Assembly (NCBI GenBank): GCA_034522495.1
Contig: JAXHLG010000002.1
Span: forward strand, 165,583-229,582
Origin: Candidatus Moraniibacteriota bacterium
GTDB lineage: Bacteria; Patescibacteriota; Minisyncoccia; Moranbacterales; DUUL01
DNA length: 64,000 nt
Direction: 5' to 3'
Part shown: positions 9,919 to 20,279 of the stretch, one piece after another
How positions within the stretch are numbered: the stretch's first letter is position 1
Layout: each line of letters opens with the position of its first letter
The notes under the pieces: generated by a model
The model's database searches: none
What the model saw: only the letters and a program-made list of their open reading frames with translations
Told to the model about the DNA's origin: nothing
Position numbers and translations under genes: made by a program

Positions 9919-11246
9919 CACTCGTGTCCGGTTCACAAATCCCACAAACAAGCCTGTTTTCTGCCGCTTCTTTTAAAATTTTGCAATTCAAGATCACTAA
10001 ACAGCTCAACCATGGGAGTTTTAGTTAGGACTGACACGTTCAAAATTTGTAATATTTCGTAGAGGTTTTTTTCAATCCTCCATTGTTTTTTGAAAATGGC
10101 TACTACAAGATAAGCGCAGATGGCAATGCAGATTTGGGTTTTTACCGCGTTCTCTGAGCGGCCCCAGAAGGCTTTGATCTTGAGATGCTGCTTGATCCAT
10201 TTGAAAAACAATTCAATTTGCCAGCGGTGCTTGTACAGGGCGGCTATTTTCTCAGCAGAAAGATTAAAATCGTTGCTCAAGTAAGTGAAATACTTTTTGC
10301 TTTCTTGGTCAAAGAATTTAATCCTCCTTAATTTCTCCGGATACCTCTTGGAGCTTTTCCAATTGCTAAGCCTGATTATCTGATCGCAGCAAATCCCTGT
10401 TCCTTTTTCCTTCCTGTTGGAATAAATTCTTTCAAATCCCAGACACTCCTTGGCTCTGATAACAAAGAAGGCTCCTTTTCGGTGAATTTTGTAAAGCCTG
10501 CCGTAATCTATGTAGCCCCGGTCCAGAATGTAATGCGCTTCCGGCTCAATTTCGATCGAATCCAGGAATTCCAGATCGTGCCTTTTGGCGCTAGTGATTT
10601 CAAACATGGCGGGAATATTGCCGTCAAGGTCCATTTGCAGATTCAGCTTTACCCCGGCCCTTACAGTCTTGAGCTTGGCCCAGGAGAAAAGAGAAAGGCA
10701 GAGTTCGATCACCGATGAATCTATAATGTAGCAAGCCCCGTTCAGTTCCAAATTAAAATTGTCATCGCCTGCATACAGCTTCCTGGCTTTATCAATCAAT
10801 ATTCCCGCCAGGTCCCTGTAAATCCTCCAATCCCTTTTTTCGCTGGCATCGGAAAGAGTTGATCTTGAAATAATGCTGGAAAAACCCAGGTTGCGGATTT
10901 TTCCCTGCTGGGAGCTCAAGCAGTTGACAACGTCCCGGAGGCTTTCCCGATGAGAAATCTGCCCGAAAAAGAGAGCTAGGAATTGATTCCAGCAAGTAAG
11001 TTTTTTTACTGCCGAATTGCCCCGGTATCTATCCACGCAGCGGTTGAATTCATAACGGGGGATGTGATCTGCAAGCTGAGAAAGAACATATTTTCCATGA
11101 TACATTTGAGTAATTGATAATTGCTTAAAAAACAATATCAATTATCCCATTATTTCCGTTCAAGCCAAAAAAAATTCTTGTCCCTTGATTTTGGCTCTGG
11201 AAAGCCAAAATCAGGAGATGAGAAAAAAATTAACCGGACACGAGTG
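9919..11246 (-). mobile_element. IS4-family insertion sequence, 1328 bp
   Basis: Perfect 15-bp TIR CACTCGTGTCCGGTT (9919-9933 / 11232-11246). 10-bp TSD ATGTTTAAAT (9909-9918 / 11247-11256). Confidence 0.92.
9933..11105 (-). CDS. IS4-family DDE transposase (DUF4372-type N-terminus)
   Basis: IIDSS, DRGY and Y..RWQIELFFKWIKQ (YREK) motifs. Confidence 0.92.
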   Translation of the reverse strand: MYHGKYVLSQLADHIPRYEFNRCVDRYRGNSAVKKLTCWNQFLALFFGQISHRESLRDVVNCLSSQQGKIRNLGFSSIISRSTLSDASEKRDWRIYRDLAGILIDKARKLYAGDDNFNLELNGACYIIDSSVIELCLSLFSWAKLKTVRAGVKLNLQMDLDGNIPAMFEITSAKRHDLEFLDSIEIEPEAHYILDRGYIDYGRLYKIHRKGAFFVIRAKECLGFERIYSNRKEKGTGICCDQIIRLSNWKSSKRYPEKLRRIKFFDQESKKYFTYLSNDFNLSAEKIAALYKHRWQIELFFKWIKQHLKIKAFWGRSENAVKTQICIAICAYLVVAIFKKQWRIEKNLYEILQILNVSVLTKTPMVELFSDLELQNFKRSGRKQACLWDL

Positions 11247-11264
11247 ATGTTTAAATGTTAACAT

Positions 11265-11599
11265 GAACTTGCTTATCCGCCTCTGGCGGGATTCAGAATC
11301 TAATGAATGATTGCCAAAAAGGCTTTGTAAAGAGATTCTGATTTTCATCAGAATGACAAAATTAGGAATTACGCGCTTACCTCTTTATTGCCTAAAAAAG
11401 AGAGAGCAAAGCAAGGCTTGGTTTTTGCATTCGATCGAAAAAATATTTTAGAAGCAAAAAGGGTTTTCTATTAAAAATATCTTAACAAGCCTGAAAGGCA
11501 AGTGCGCATAAAACCAAGCCTTGCTTTGCTCTCGGCGTTGCCAGGGAGTAATCGCGTAATTCCTAAAAATATCAAAATAAGCAATTCTTCAGCGGTTTC
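11265..11599 (+). mobile_element. 5'-truncated MITE B with nested MITE A (11365..11563)
   Basis: Near-identical to the composite at 4188..4545, with A at the same internal site. Confidence 0.8.
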
Positions 11600-11634
11600 A
11601 TGTTAATATGTTTAAATGTTAACATGATTTCGCT

Positions 11635-11663
11635 TTGACAATTTTTAAAAATGCGAGTAAAGT
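11635..11663 (+). promoter_or_regulatory. Putative sigma70 promoter for rny
   Basis: TTGACA-17 nt-TAAAGT. Confidence 0.45.
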
Positions 11664-11864
11664 GAGAAAGGACGCATTGATAGAAAGTTGCTATTGTTTG
11701 CGTATGAATTAGATATTAATAAACCGACTGTTAAGATTTAAAAAAGCCGGTAGTTGCAAAAAAGAAATCCAAATGACTTCATATAGTAGAAAAAATAGAA
11801 AATGGAAAAAATGTTCATAGCGATATGGATGTGATCTTTTTTGCATTGCTAGGCAATCAAAAAA

Positions 11865-13385
11865 ATGGATCCGATAACAATGAGCGTTTTGGCTTTGCTG
11901 GCCGGAGGCGGAGTTGGCTTTGTGGGACGTAAATTTTATGCCAAATACCGTCTGGGAACAGCTGAATCCAAAGCGGAAAAAATTCTGGAAGACGCGAAAG
12001 TGAAAGCCAGAGAAAAGGTTTTGAATGCCAAGGACGAGTCAGTGAAGGTCTTGGAAGACGCCAAGAAAGATGAAAAACAAAGGATAGAGGACATCAGATC
12101 CCGGGAGAGGAAGCTGGAGAATAAGGAAAATGAGATGGACAGGAAAGACAAGAACCTGGACAAAGAGAGAAAAGACGTTCAACAGAAAGCCCAGGAGATA
12201 AAAAAAATCAGGGAAGAGGTCAACAGGGTGAAAGAGGATAAAGAGAAGGAGCTGGAGAAAGTGGCTAAAATGAAAAAAGAAGATGCCAAAAAAGAACTTC
12301 TTCAAATGGCGGAAAAGGAAAATAAGGACGAAATCGTCAAGGCGGTTTCCAAGCTGGAGGGAGAAAAAAGGGACAAAGTCGAGTCCAAGGCTATGGATAT
12401 TATGGCGGTTGCCATGCAGAGATATGCCGGCTCCCAAGTGGCCGAAACAACGGCTAGTACTATTACTATTCCCAACGACGAGGTGAAAGGGAGAATTATC
12501 GGCCGGGAAGGAAGAAATATCAAAGCTCTGGAAAATTTGACGGGAGCGGAGATTATCGTGGACGACACTCCGGAAGCCATTGTGGTTTCCAGTTTTGACC
12601 CGATGAGAAGGGAAATTGCCAAGAACTCCATCGAAAAACTGATCGAAGACGGACGCATCCACCCCACTAAAATAGAAGAAGCGGTGCAGAAGGCCAAAGA
12701 GGAAATTAACAAGAGAATCAAAGAAAGCGGGGAAGCTACCGTTTACGACGTGGGATTGACCGGCGTGGATCCCAGTCTCACCCATCTTTTGGGAAAATTG
12801 AGATACAGGACCAGCTACGGGCAAAACGTGCTGTTGCATTCTCTTGAAGTCGCTCATCTTTCCGGAGCCTTGGCGGCGGAATTGGGACTGGATGTTTCTT
12901 TGGCCAAAAGAGCCGGATTGTTTCATGACATTGGAAAAGCCATTGATCATGAGATACAGGGAACTCACGTGGAGCTGGGAATAAACATATTAAAGAAATT
13001 TAATCAGCCCCAGGAAGTGATAGATGCTATGAAGTCCCATCACGAAGATTATCCCTTCAAGGACAACATCGGCTTGGTGGTGGCCGCCGCGGACGCTTTG
13101 AGCGCTTCCAGGCCCGGCGCAAGAAAAGACACCCTGGAGAAGTACTTAAAAAGGCTGGAGGAATTGGAGCAGCTGGTCCTTTCTTTTAATGAAGCGGAAA
13201 AGTGCTACGCCCTGCAGGCCGGCAGAGAAGTCAGAGTGTTTGTCAACGCGGAAAAGATTGATGACCTCAAGTCAATCAAATTAGCCAAAAACATTGCCCA
13301 AAAAATAGAGCAAGAACTTAACTATCCCGGCGAAATCAAGGTAAATGTCCTCAGGGAACTGCGATCGGTTGAATACGCAAGATAG
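11865..13385 (+). CDS. rny: Ribonuclease Y
   Basis: N-terminal TM helix, coiled coil, KH domain (KGRIIGREGRNI), HD domain (HDIGK) and SASRPGAR. Confidence 0.97.
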   Translation: MDPITMSVLALLAGGGVGFVGRKFYAKYRLGTAESKAEKILEDAKVKAREKVLNAKDESVKVLEDAKKDEKQRIEDIRSRERKLENKENEMDRKDKNLDKERKDVQQKAQEIKKIREEVNRVKEDKEKELEKVAKMKKEDAKKELLQMAEKENKDEIVKAVSKLEGEKRDKVESKAMDIMAVAMQRYAGSQVAETTASTITIPNDEVKGRIIGREGRNIKALENLTGAEIIVDDTPEAIVVSSFDPMRREIAKNSIEKLIEDGRIHPTKIEEAVQKAKEEINKRIKESGEATVYDVGLTGVDPSLTHLLGKLRYRTSYGQNVLLHSLEVAHLSGALAAELGLDVSLAKRAGLFHDIGKAIDHEIQGTHVELGINILKKFNQPQEVIDAMKSHHEDYPFKDNIGLVVAAADALSASRPGARKDTLEKYLKRLEELEQLVLSFNEAEKCYALQAGREVRVFVNAEKIDDLKSIKLAKNIAQKIEQELNYPGEIKVNVLRELRSVEYAR

Positions 13386-13491
13386 GCTCAACAGAGCCAA
13401 AAATGAGGATTAGGCAAAAACAAAATGCCTAGAAAATGCAAAAAACTCTTGCATAATTTGTAAAAAATGTATTAGAATAGGGGAAAAGTAA

Positions 13492-13640
13492 GAAACTGCT
13501 GAAGAATGAATTATTTTAAGATTTTGTCATCCTGATGAAAATCAGAATCTCCCTGAATAAGCCATTTTGCAAATTTATAGATTCTGAATCCCGCCAGAGG
13601 CAGACACGGCAAGTTCAGAATGACATTCTTTGGTGGTTTC
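13492..13640 (-). mobile_element. MITE family B copy (reverse orientation)
   Basis: TIRs GAAACTGCTGAAGAAT / ATTCTTTGGTGGTTTC. AAGTAA on both flanks. Confidence 0.75.
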
Positions 13641-13706
13641 AAGTAATATTTAGGAATATAAAACCGTGAAACAAATTAAGCTTAGTACTAGATGGGAGGT
13701 GAAATC

Positions 13707-13982
13707 ATGAACAAAAAACAAGTAATCGATGCAGTAGCATCCAAAACCGGTCTTAGCAAGAAAGATTCCGAAGCAGCTTTGGAAGCAGTGCTTGACACTG
13801 TAACCGAGGCTTTGCAAAAAGGCGAGCAAGTTACCTTTACCGGATTCGGATCTTTCTCAGCTTCAGAAAGAGCTGCCAGGGACGGAGTTAATCCTTTGAC
13901 CAAGGAAAAAATTAAGATCCCTGCTACTACAGTTCCCAAGTTCAAAGCCGGAAAAGCTTTGAAGGAAGCTGTCAAAAAATAA
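13707..13982 (+). CDS. hup: HU family DNA-binding protein
   Basis: GFGSF, R.GVNP.T and P.FKAGK.LK motifs. GGAGGTG RBS before ATG 13707. Confidence 0.95.
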   Translation: MNKKQVIDAVASKTGLSKKDSEAALEAVLDTVTEALQKGEQVTFTGFGSFSASERAARDGVNPLTKEKIKIPATTVPKFKAGKALKEAVKK

Positions 13983-14001
13983 AGACCTTATCTGACTTTA
14001 C

Positions 14002-14033
14002 AAAGAAAACCCCCAAGAGGGGTTTTCTTTTTT
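14002..14033 (+). terminator. Rho-independent terminator after hup
   Basis: AAAGAAAACCCC-caaga-GGGGTTTTCTTT followed by a T-run. Confidence 0.85.
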
Positions 14034-14063
14034 ATTGACAAATAGGCAATTAGTTATTTTAGG

Positions 14064-14280
14064 TGTAAGATTCGCCAGCGTTATTTACAGTTTTACTTCG
14101 CTCGGGAATATAAAATTTGAAAGAAAAATCTAGCTCGCTTTCTGATTTTCTAGCTAAATTTTCTTCCAAGGCTTCAGAAAATTTAGAGAAAATTCCGAAC
14201 CGCTCATACAGACGATTTTGTCTTCAAATTTTATATCCCCTCGCTCTTGTGATGTGTAAACAACGCTCTGGATTCTAACA
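14064..14280. mobile_element. Non-autonomous MITE sharing its ends with the IS481 at 58185..59078
   Basis: The right end (reverse complement TGTTAGAATCCAGAGCGTTGTTTACA) matches the IS end at 58185 at 25/26 nt. The left end resembles the other IS end. The interior is palindromic. Confidence 0.8.
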
Positions 14281-14286
14281 TTTTTA

Positions 14287-14484
14287 GGAATTACGCGCTT
14301 GCCTCTTTATTGCCTAAAAAAAGAGAGCAAAGCAAGGTTTGGTTTTTGCATTCGATCGAAAAAATATTTTAGAAGCAAAAAGGTTTTTCTATTAAAAATA
14401 TCTTAACAAGCCTGAAAGGCAAGTGCGCATAAAACCAAGTCTTGCTTTGCTCTCGGCATTGCCAGAGAGTAATCGCGTAATTCC
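14287..14484 (+). mobile_element. MITE family A copy
   Basis: TA-GGAATTACGCG...CGCGTAATTCC-TA. Near-identical to 4312..4509. A diverged copy follows at 14574..14679. Confidence 0.85.
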
Positions 14485-14859
14485 TATATTTGTTATTGGC
14501 AATTGGCTTATCTACCAAAAAGTTTTCATTTCTCATTTCTCATTTCTCAATTTTCGTTGAATTTTCAATTTCAGGAATTACACGCTCAGATTTCTTCCTT
14601 GTCAACTAATTTGATTCGTGTATATAAAACCAAGCCTTGCTTTGCTCTCGCCATTGCCGGAATGCATTCGCGTAATTCCTGAATTTACTAATTTTAAAGG
14701 TTCTAATCAGATAGTCAGAAGTTTAACTTCTGCTGAATCAGAATCCAAACTTCTATTTATCTTAGGAATTTGATGAGCTGTTACGTAGCATGCTACGTAA
14801 CAACACTATTAAAAAATCAATCTAGACAAATCTGAAAAACCAAGCAATAAAAACACTTA

Positions 14860-15034
14860 GGGCCTGCCCCCGCAGTGCGGGGCAAATAAGGTAGAATGTT
14901 TATATTTTTAAAGCGGTGCGAAACCCGAAATCCTCCGGGCAAGAATTATTTTCTTTTATAAATGGGATTTTGGTTAAAATAATTTTTTCCCGCAGAGCGG
15001 GAGCAGCAGATTTTTTTCAAAAATCAGCCGCCCC
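14860..15034 (+). mobile_element. MITE-like family C copy
   Basis: TA-GGGCCTGCC...GCCCC-TA. Homologous to 42301..42454, with a partial reverse copy near 2500..2592. Confidence 0.7.
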
Positions 15035-15280
15035 TACTTATGATTTGCGGTTTTTAAATTAAGAGATTGAATGGAAAGGAGAGGAGAAAAAAGGGTGTCC
15101 AAATTTAAAATTAGCTCAATGAAAATTGAATTAAAATTAAAAATTATAAAATTAAAAATTGCTGCCAAGCTAGCTTGTGGATAACTTTTCTTGGCAAGAT
15201 TTGTATTGTGTTATACAATGGAATTAAGTTGAGTTTTTCCCCTTAAAATAAATAATTAAATAGAAATTAATATCAAAAAA

Positions 15281-15721
15281 ATGAAAATCAAAAATGAAAA
15301 AGTTTCCATCTCTACCCAGAAACAAGTGGAATTTGTCGATATCACCGAACAAGTGGAGGAGATAGTTCAAGAAAGCGGAGTCAAGAGCGGGCAGGCTTTG
15401 GTTTTTTCCCCTCATTCCACGGCCTCGGTAGCTATTAACCACAAGGAGGATATGCTCTTGCAGGACATGTCAAGGATACTTTATCGATTAGCTCCGGTGG
15501 ATGAGCGCTACGATCATGATGTTTTTGAATTGACCAAGAAAAATAAATCCGACGGCAGGAGCAACGGCCACAGCCATTGCAAAAACTTTCTCTTGGGAAC
15601 CAGCGAAACTATCCCGGTGCAAGACGGCAAGCTGATGCTCGGAGACCGCCAGAACATCTTTTTAGTGGAGTTTGATGGCGGCAGGGAGAGGGATTATATT
15701 GTTCAGGTTTTGGGAGAGTAG
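15281..15721 (+). CDS. yjbQ: YjbQ/UPF0047 family protein (paralogue 1)
   Basis: DITEQV, HSTAS, NGHSH and LG..Q.IFLVEFDG.R.R motifs. Confidence 0.9.
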   Translation: MKIKNEKVSISTQKQVEFVDITEQVEEIVQESGVKSGQALVFSPHSTASVAINHKEDMLLQDMSRILYRLAPVDERYDHDVFELTKKNKSDGRSNGHSHCKNFLLGTSETIPVQDGKLMLGDRQNIFLVEFDGGRERDYIVQVLGE

Positions 15722-15854
15722 GGGGGAAATTATTCTAATTATTCTAATTGCTCTAATTAAAAAAAATTGCTCAATTGTGTATTGGTGTATTTGTTTAATG
15801 GTATATTGGGGGGGTCATTGTTCCATTGTTCCATTGCTAAATTGTTAAGAGAAA

Positions 15855-16004
15855 GAAACCACTGAAGAATGTCATTCTGAGCTTGCTGTGTCCGCCTCTG
15901 GCGGGATTCAGAATCTAGGAATTTACAAAAATGGCTTGTTCAGGGAGATCCTGATTTTCATCAGGATGACAAAATCCTAAAATAATTCATTCTTCAGTGG
16001 CTTC
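15855..16004 (+). mobile_element. MITE family B copy
   Basis: GAAACCACTGAAGAAT...ATTCTTCAGTGGCTTC, with AAGAGAA on both sides. Confidence 0.8.
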
Positions 16005-16273
16005 AAGAGAAGTGGTTTAATGAGTGACTAGTGACGGGTGACAAGCGACTAGATTACTATGATATATATAGAAATTTATTGAAATTCATAGAAATTGCGA
16101 AATTGCCGCCCGGGGGGCGATCACCCTTTGGGTGGCCTCCTGGGGGGGGGGAATCTCTCTTTTGGGGAGGGATTTAAACCCGCCAAACACGGTTTGTCGT
16201 GTTTAAAAGGCTTAGTTTTGGGGAATAAATTGTTGAAAAAAATAGATTTTATTATAAATAAAAATTGAAAGTT

Positions 16274-18706
16274 ATGAGTCAGGAGGCCATGAGGGTTGAC
16301 GCTTCAACTGAAAATGCAATTGAAGCCGTTGCCGATGAAGACAAAAAAAAGCCTGAAAATAAAGCGGAAACAAGGGAGATTTATTTAGAAGATCTTGTTG
16401 AGCCCTATCTTAATGAAGAGGTCAGGGATTTATATGCCCTGGACTACGTTTCCGGAAGCAAAAGCGTTTGGGACTTACGGCGGGGAAATGAAGAAAAACT
16501 AGAAAACAAGAGGAACACTGAAAAATACAAAAAATATGCTAAGAAGTTTGAAGAAGAGATGTTTGGAGAAAGGGGGCTTCCTGATTATTTAGAAAAAAAG
16601 ATACGATCAAAAAAGCTGGACCCGGAAAACAAAAAGGAAATCGAGAAAGAAATTATAGGATATTTACATACCAAAAATCTAAAGAAGCCTCTTCGGTTTA
16701 TGGTTTATGATATTTTGGCAAAAGAAAACTTGGATGAGGACCAAAAAAAAGATATAGAGGAAGTTTTTAGAGATTACAAATATAGCTCCGGGAATGCCTC
16801 TAAGAAGAAACTGGAAGAATTTTTAAAGAAGTTTTTGAACAGGCACGAAAGAAAGGGCGCGGAAGCCAGCGGGGAGGATAAAGAAGAGGCTATTGAAAAT
16901 GTTTCTGTTGAACAAACGAGGGATAGCAAAGGCGGGGGTGAAAGTGAAGGCGAAGGTGTTATTTCGGGTGCAAGCCAGGATGATGAGGGCAACCAGACCT
17001 CAGCAACCAGGAGTGTAGCTTCTGGTCAAGGAGCTGGCAACGGCTCAGAAAAGGATTCAAGAATGACTGGAAATGGTCGAGAAGAAATAAGCCCTGCGGA
17101 GTTGAAAAAACTTCAGGAAAGATTTGATAAATATGAATGGAACAGAGTTTATAGCAATCCCGATGGAGAGGAGATGAAAATTGTTGATTTTAAACCGGAA
17201 GATATGAAAATTGTGGTGGTGGAATTTTCAGACCCTTTTGAATCTTTGGGGAAAGAAGAAAATGGAGACGGAGAATCGGTACCCAATTGGGGCTTTAGCG
17301 GGAAGTCAAAAAATGAAGGAGTGGAGAAAGAAATGGATTTGGATGAGTTTGAGGATTGGTTTAAGAAAAAAGGATTTTATTTGGAGTCGGAGGAGGTTGT
17401 CGGAGGCAAAGAAAGCGGAGAAGACAAAGATGAAGAAGAAGATGAAGAAACTGAAAATCAAGAACCAATAGTGGAAGAAGAAGCTAATGATTCTTTAAGC
17501 GGAACTCAGTCGGAAGGAAACGAACAACAAGGGGAATCGTCGAAAATGGATGAAGAGAAGGGCGCTGGAGAAAAGACGGAGAAGGAATTGGAAGAAAGAA
17601 TGGAGAAAATTAAAGGGATGTATGTTTATGGCAATGGGGAGGTTATTAATATTATCTCCGGGAGCGAAAAAGGCAAAGTTAAATTTGTAGAAGGTGGTAA
17701 AGAAGTTGACATTGATGATGTTGAGAGAGTTTTGATAAGAAAACAAAACAATGGCGAGCTTCAGAAAATTGAAAGTGTGGATAATTATATAAATTATTTG
17801 GAAAAAAATATTTTAGCTACATATACAGACATAGGCATAGATAGGGATACCTTTAGGGTCATGAAATATTTTTTTGATGATGAAACGAAGAGATTTAAAG
17901 CGAAAATTGAAGAGAATGGCAAAACGAGAGAAAAGGGGATAAGCTTAAATTTATTGAGAAACAAAATTTCGGAACTTGAGAAAAAACACATTGAAATAAT
18001 GAAAGCTGAGCTTGGAGCTCCGGGCGAAAAGGTTTATCAAAAGAAGGACAAGGGCACATTATTCACGATAAAGGATTATAAAATCGATAGGCGGACAGGC
18101 AACAGAAGAATTGTGATGGAAACTCAACAGGGTGGTAAAAGAGCAACTTTTAATTATAGAGATTTCTGGAGCAGTTTTGCGGAAATCGAAGATGAAAAAG
18201 AAGATCAAGAAAGAGGTGCAGTCCAAGGGCAAAATGATAGAGGTGCAAGCGGAAGCCAGCCGGTGTCCGGTTCTTCCCAGGCAGGGCGGCCAGAAGGTGA
18301 GAAAGGCGGGCAACCGGAAGATCAATTGGAGCAAGTAAGCGTGGATGCGGAAGAGTATTTGAAGAATTATGCCGAAAGCGATCAGGATTATATAAATACG
18401 GAGCTAGAGAAAAACAAAAAAGATAAAATTGAATTGGAAGGTTTAGATTTAACAGAAAAGGAAAAGATTTTTGTTCGGGAGGGTCTGATTCCTTATGTAA
18501 AAAGGTTTATGGATATGCTTGAAGAGGATAGATTTGATTCAAAAGAGAGAGGGGCTTCAGAGGATGAGATTTCAAGAGAAATTGAAGATGAGAAAAAACA
18601 TTATTGGGAAAAGGAGTTGCCCGGGATCTTACTGGGCTATCAAAAGTATCTTCCACGGGAAAAATGGGGGAAGGTAATTGAGTATTTAAAAGGTTTGGAA
18701 TATTGA
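16274..18706 (+). CDS. Large acidic/Lys-rich hypothetical protein
   Basis: ~810-codon ORF with low-complexity linkers; no motif recognised. Confidence 0.75.
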   Translation: MSQEAMRVDASTENAIEAVADEDKKKPENKAETREIYLEDLVEPYLNEEVRDLYALDYVSGSKSVWDLRRGNEEKLENKRNTEKYKKYAKKFEEEMFGERGLPDYLEKKIRSKKLDPENKKEIEKEIIGYLHTKNLKKPLRFMVYDILAKENLDEDQKKDIEEVFRDYKYSSGNASKKKLEEFLKKFLNRHERKGAEASGEDKEEAIENVSVEQTRDSKGGGESEGEGVISGASQDDEGNQTSATRSVASGQGAGNGSEKDSRMTGNGREEISPAELKKLQERFDKYEWNRVYSNPDGEEMKIVDFKPEDMKIVVVEFSDPFESLGKEENGDGESVPNWGFSGKSKNEGVEKEMDLDEFEDWFKKKGFYLESEEVVGGKESGEDKDEEEDEETENQEPIVEEEANDSLSGTQSEGNEQQGESSKMDEEKGAGEKTEKELEERMEKIKGMYVYGNGEVINIISGSEKGKVKFVEGGKEVDIDDVERVLIRKQNNGELQKIESVDNYINYLEKNILATYTDIGIDRDTFRVMKYFFDDETKRFKAKIEENGKTREKGISLNLLRNKISELEKKHIEIMKAELGAPGEKVYQKKDKGTLFTIKDYKIDRRTGNRRIVMETQQGGKRATFNYRDFWSSFAEIEDEKEDQERGAVQGQNDRGASGSQPVSGSSQAGRPEGEKGGQPEDQLEQVSVDAEEYLKNYAESDQDYINTELEKNKKDKIELEGLDLTEKEKIFVREGLIPYVKRFMDMLEEDRFDSKERGASEDEISREIEDEKKHYWEKELPGILLGYQKYLPREKWGKVIEYLKGLEY

Positions 18707-18803
18707 TTGTTCTGAAACTACTAAAGAATGTCATTCTGAACTTGTTTACCCGGCCTTGAAGGGCTTGTCCGTCTCTGGCGGGATTCAGAATCTAATGATT
18801 AGC

Positions 18804-20138
18804 GGCTAGGTTTGAAATAAAAGCGTACCCCCCTAGCCTTGATTTTTCAGGGTACTGATATTACACTAATCGGATTCGCTATGAATCTATTTTTAAGCAA
18901 TTAATGTAATTTCAGTACTATGAAAAAGAATGAGGCTAAAAAAAATTTCAGCAAGCCCATAAGATGTCCCGGGAAGGAAAAAGCAAGATTCAAATAAGCA
19001 AAGAACTGGGAATAAGAAAAGCAACAATTATAGAATGGCTCAAGCAGGACAAGTATCAAGACAAGAGAGGTTGGAAAAAGGACAAAGCAAGGAAATACAC
19101 GGACAAGCGAGTCGGGGAAAAAATCTGCCAGCTCAGGGAAGATAGAATATTGGAAAAGAGTTACTTCATCGGCAGCGAATACCTGCAAATGGATTATGCC
19201 AATAATTATCCCTGCGAAGAGCTGCCATCGGATTGGTTTATCAAAGAAACAATCAGGAGAAATAATCTTCAAACCAGGAAGCCGAAAAAGAGAAAAAGGG
19301 CGGAGCGGAATATTTGCTTTTTCCGTCAAGATCGATCAAGAGTTTGGGACATATCCACCAATCCGGAGATTTTATCGGAAAGAAATATATTAGCGGGAGA
19401 TCCGAGCCTGTGAACATACTTTCTACCAGCTACTACTTTCCCTTCAAGCTGTATGAAATAGCCAGACTGCCGGCGGAAAAGGCTGTATATGCGATAGAAA
19501 AGCTTTATCTGCAATGGCAGATTTATCCCATCCCCGATGTATTCCGTATGGATAACGGGCTGCAATTCAGAGGAACAGCGAGTGGCAAGAGATCATTGGG
19601 AAAATTTGTGATCTTCCTCTTGAACCTCGGTGTTACTCCGTTGTTTGGAGCTCCGTCAAAACCTTGGAATAATCCTCACGTTGAAGGCCACAACAGAGTT
19701 TTCAATGAAAAAGTCTGGAAAAGAAACCATTTCAAAGATTTAAATCAGATTGACAATGAATGCGATAGATTTAATGCTGAAGGAAAAGAACTGTTCCGAT
19801 TCAAGTATTCCAATTTTATCATAAACAATTATCAATTATGCAATTTTCTTGAAAAGAAGCATCAAATTAAAATCAACAGATTAGAGACAGTTAAAAACAA
19901 GAAAATCTGTTTTGTCCGTTTCGCTGAATCTTTTGAAGAAAAAGGCAATGCATTTTTTACTATTATGAATGAACAAGTTGCCGTTCCGGAAAAATATACC
20001 CATCAATTTGTATTCGCTGAATGGTATCTTGATAAAGAGGAATTGATAATTTATTCAGAATACAAGAAAGAACGAACAATGATCAGGAAAATGAAATTTG
20101 AAATAAATTGCTAGTACGGTTTTATATCAAATTAAGCA
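18804..20138 (+). mobile_element. IS481-like element inserted into a MITE B copy (B halves at 18714..18803 and 20139..20229)
   Basis: Imperfect 24-bp TIRs at 18805-18828 / 20114-20137 (19/24 match). ATTAGC direct repeat at 18798-18803 / 20139-20144. Confidence 0.75.
18964..20114 (+). pseudogene. Transposase (HTH plus integrase core) split by a -1 frameshift near 19284-19300
   Basis: ORF1 has an HTH (KSKIQISKELGI). The overlapping ORF2 carries RMDNGLQF and P...PWNNPHVEGHNR. The junction is an A-rich tract. Confidence 0.75.
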
Positions 20139-20279
20139 ATTAGCCATTAACGAAAAAGGCTTTGTAAAGAGATTCTGATTTTCATCAGAATGACAAAATT
20201 TTCAAAACAATCAATTCTTTAGTGGTTTCTTGTTTTATTTCTTTCTTACAATTTATTTCTAGATATAAAGTTTATTATA

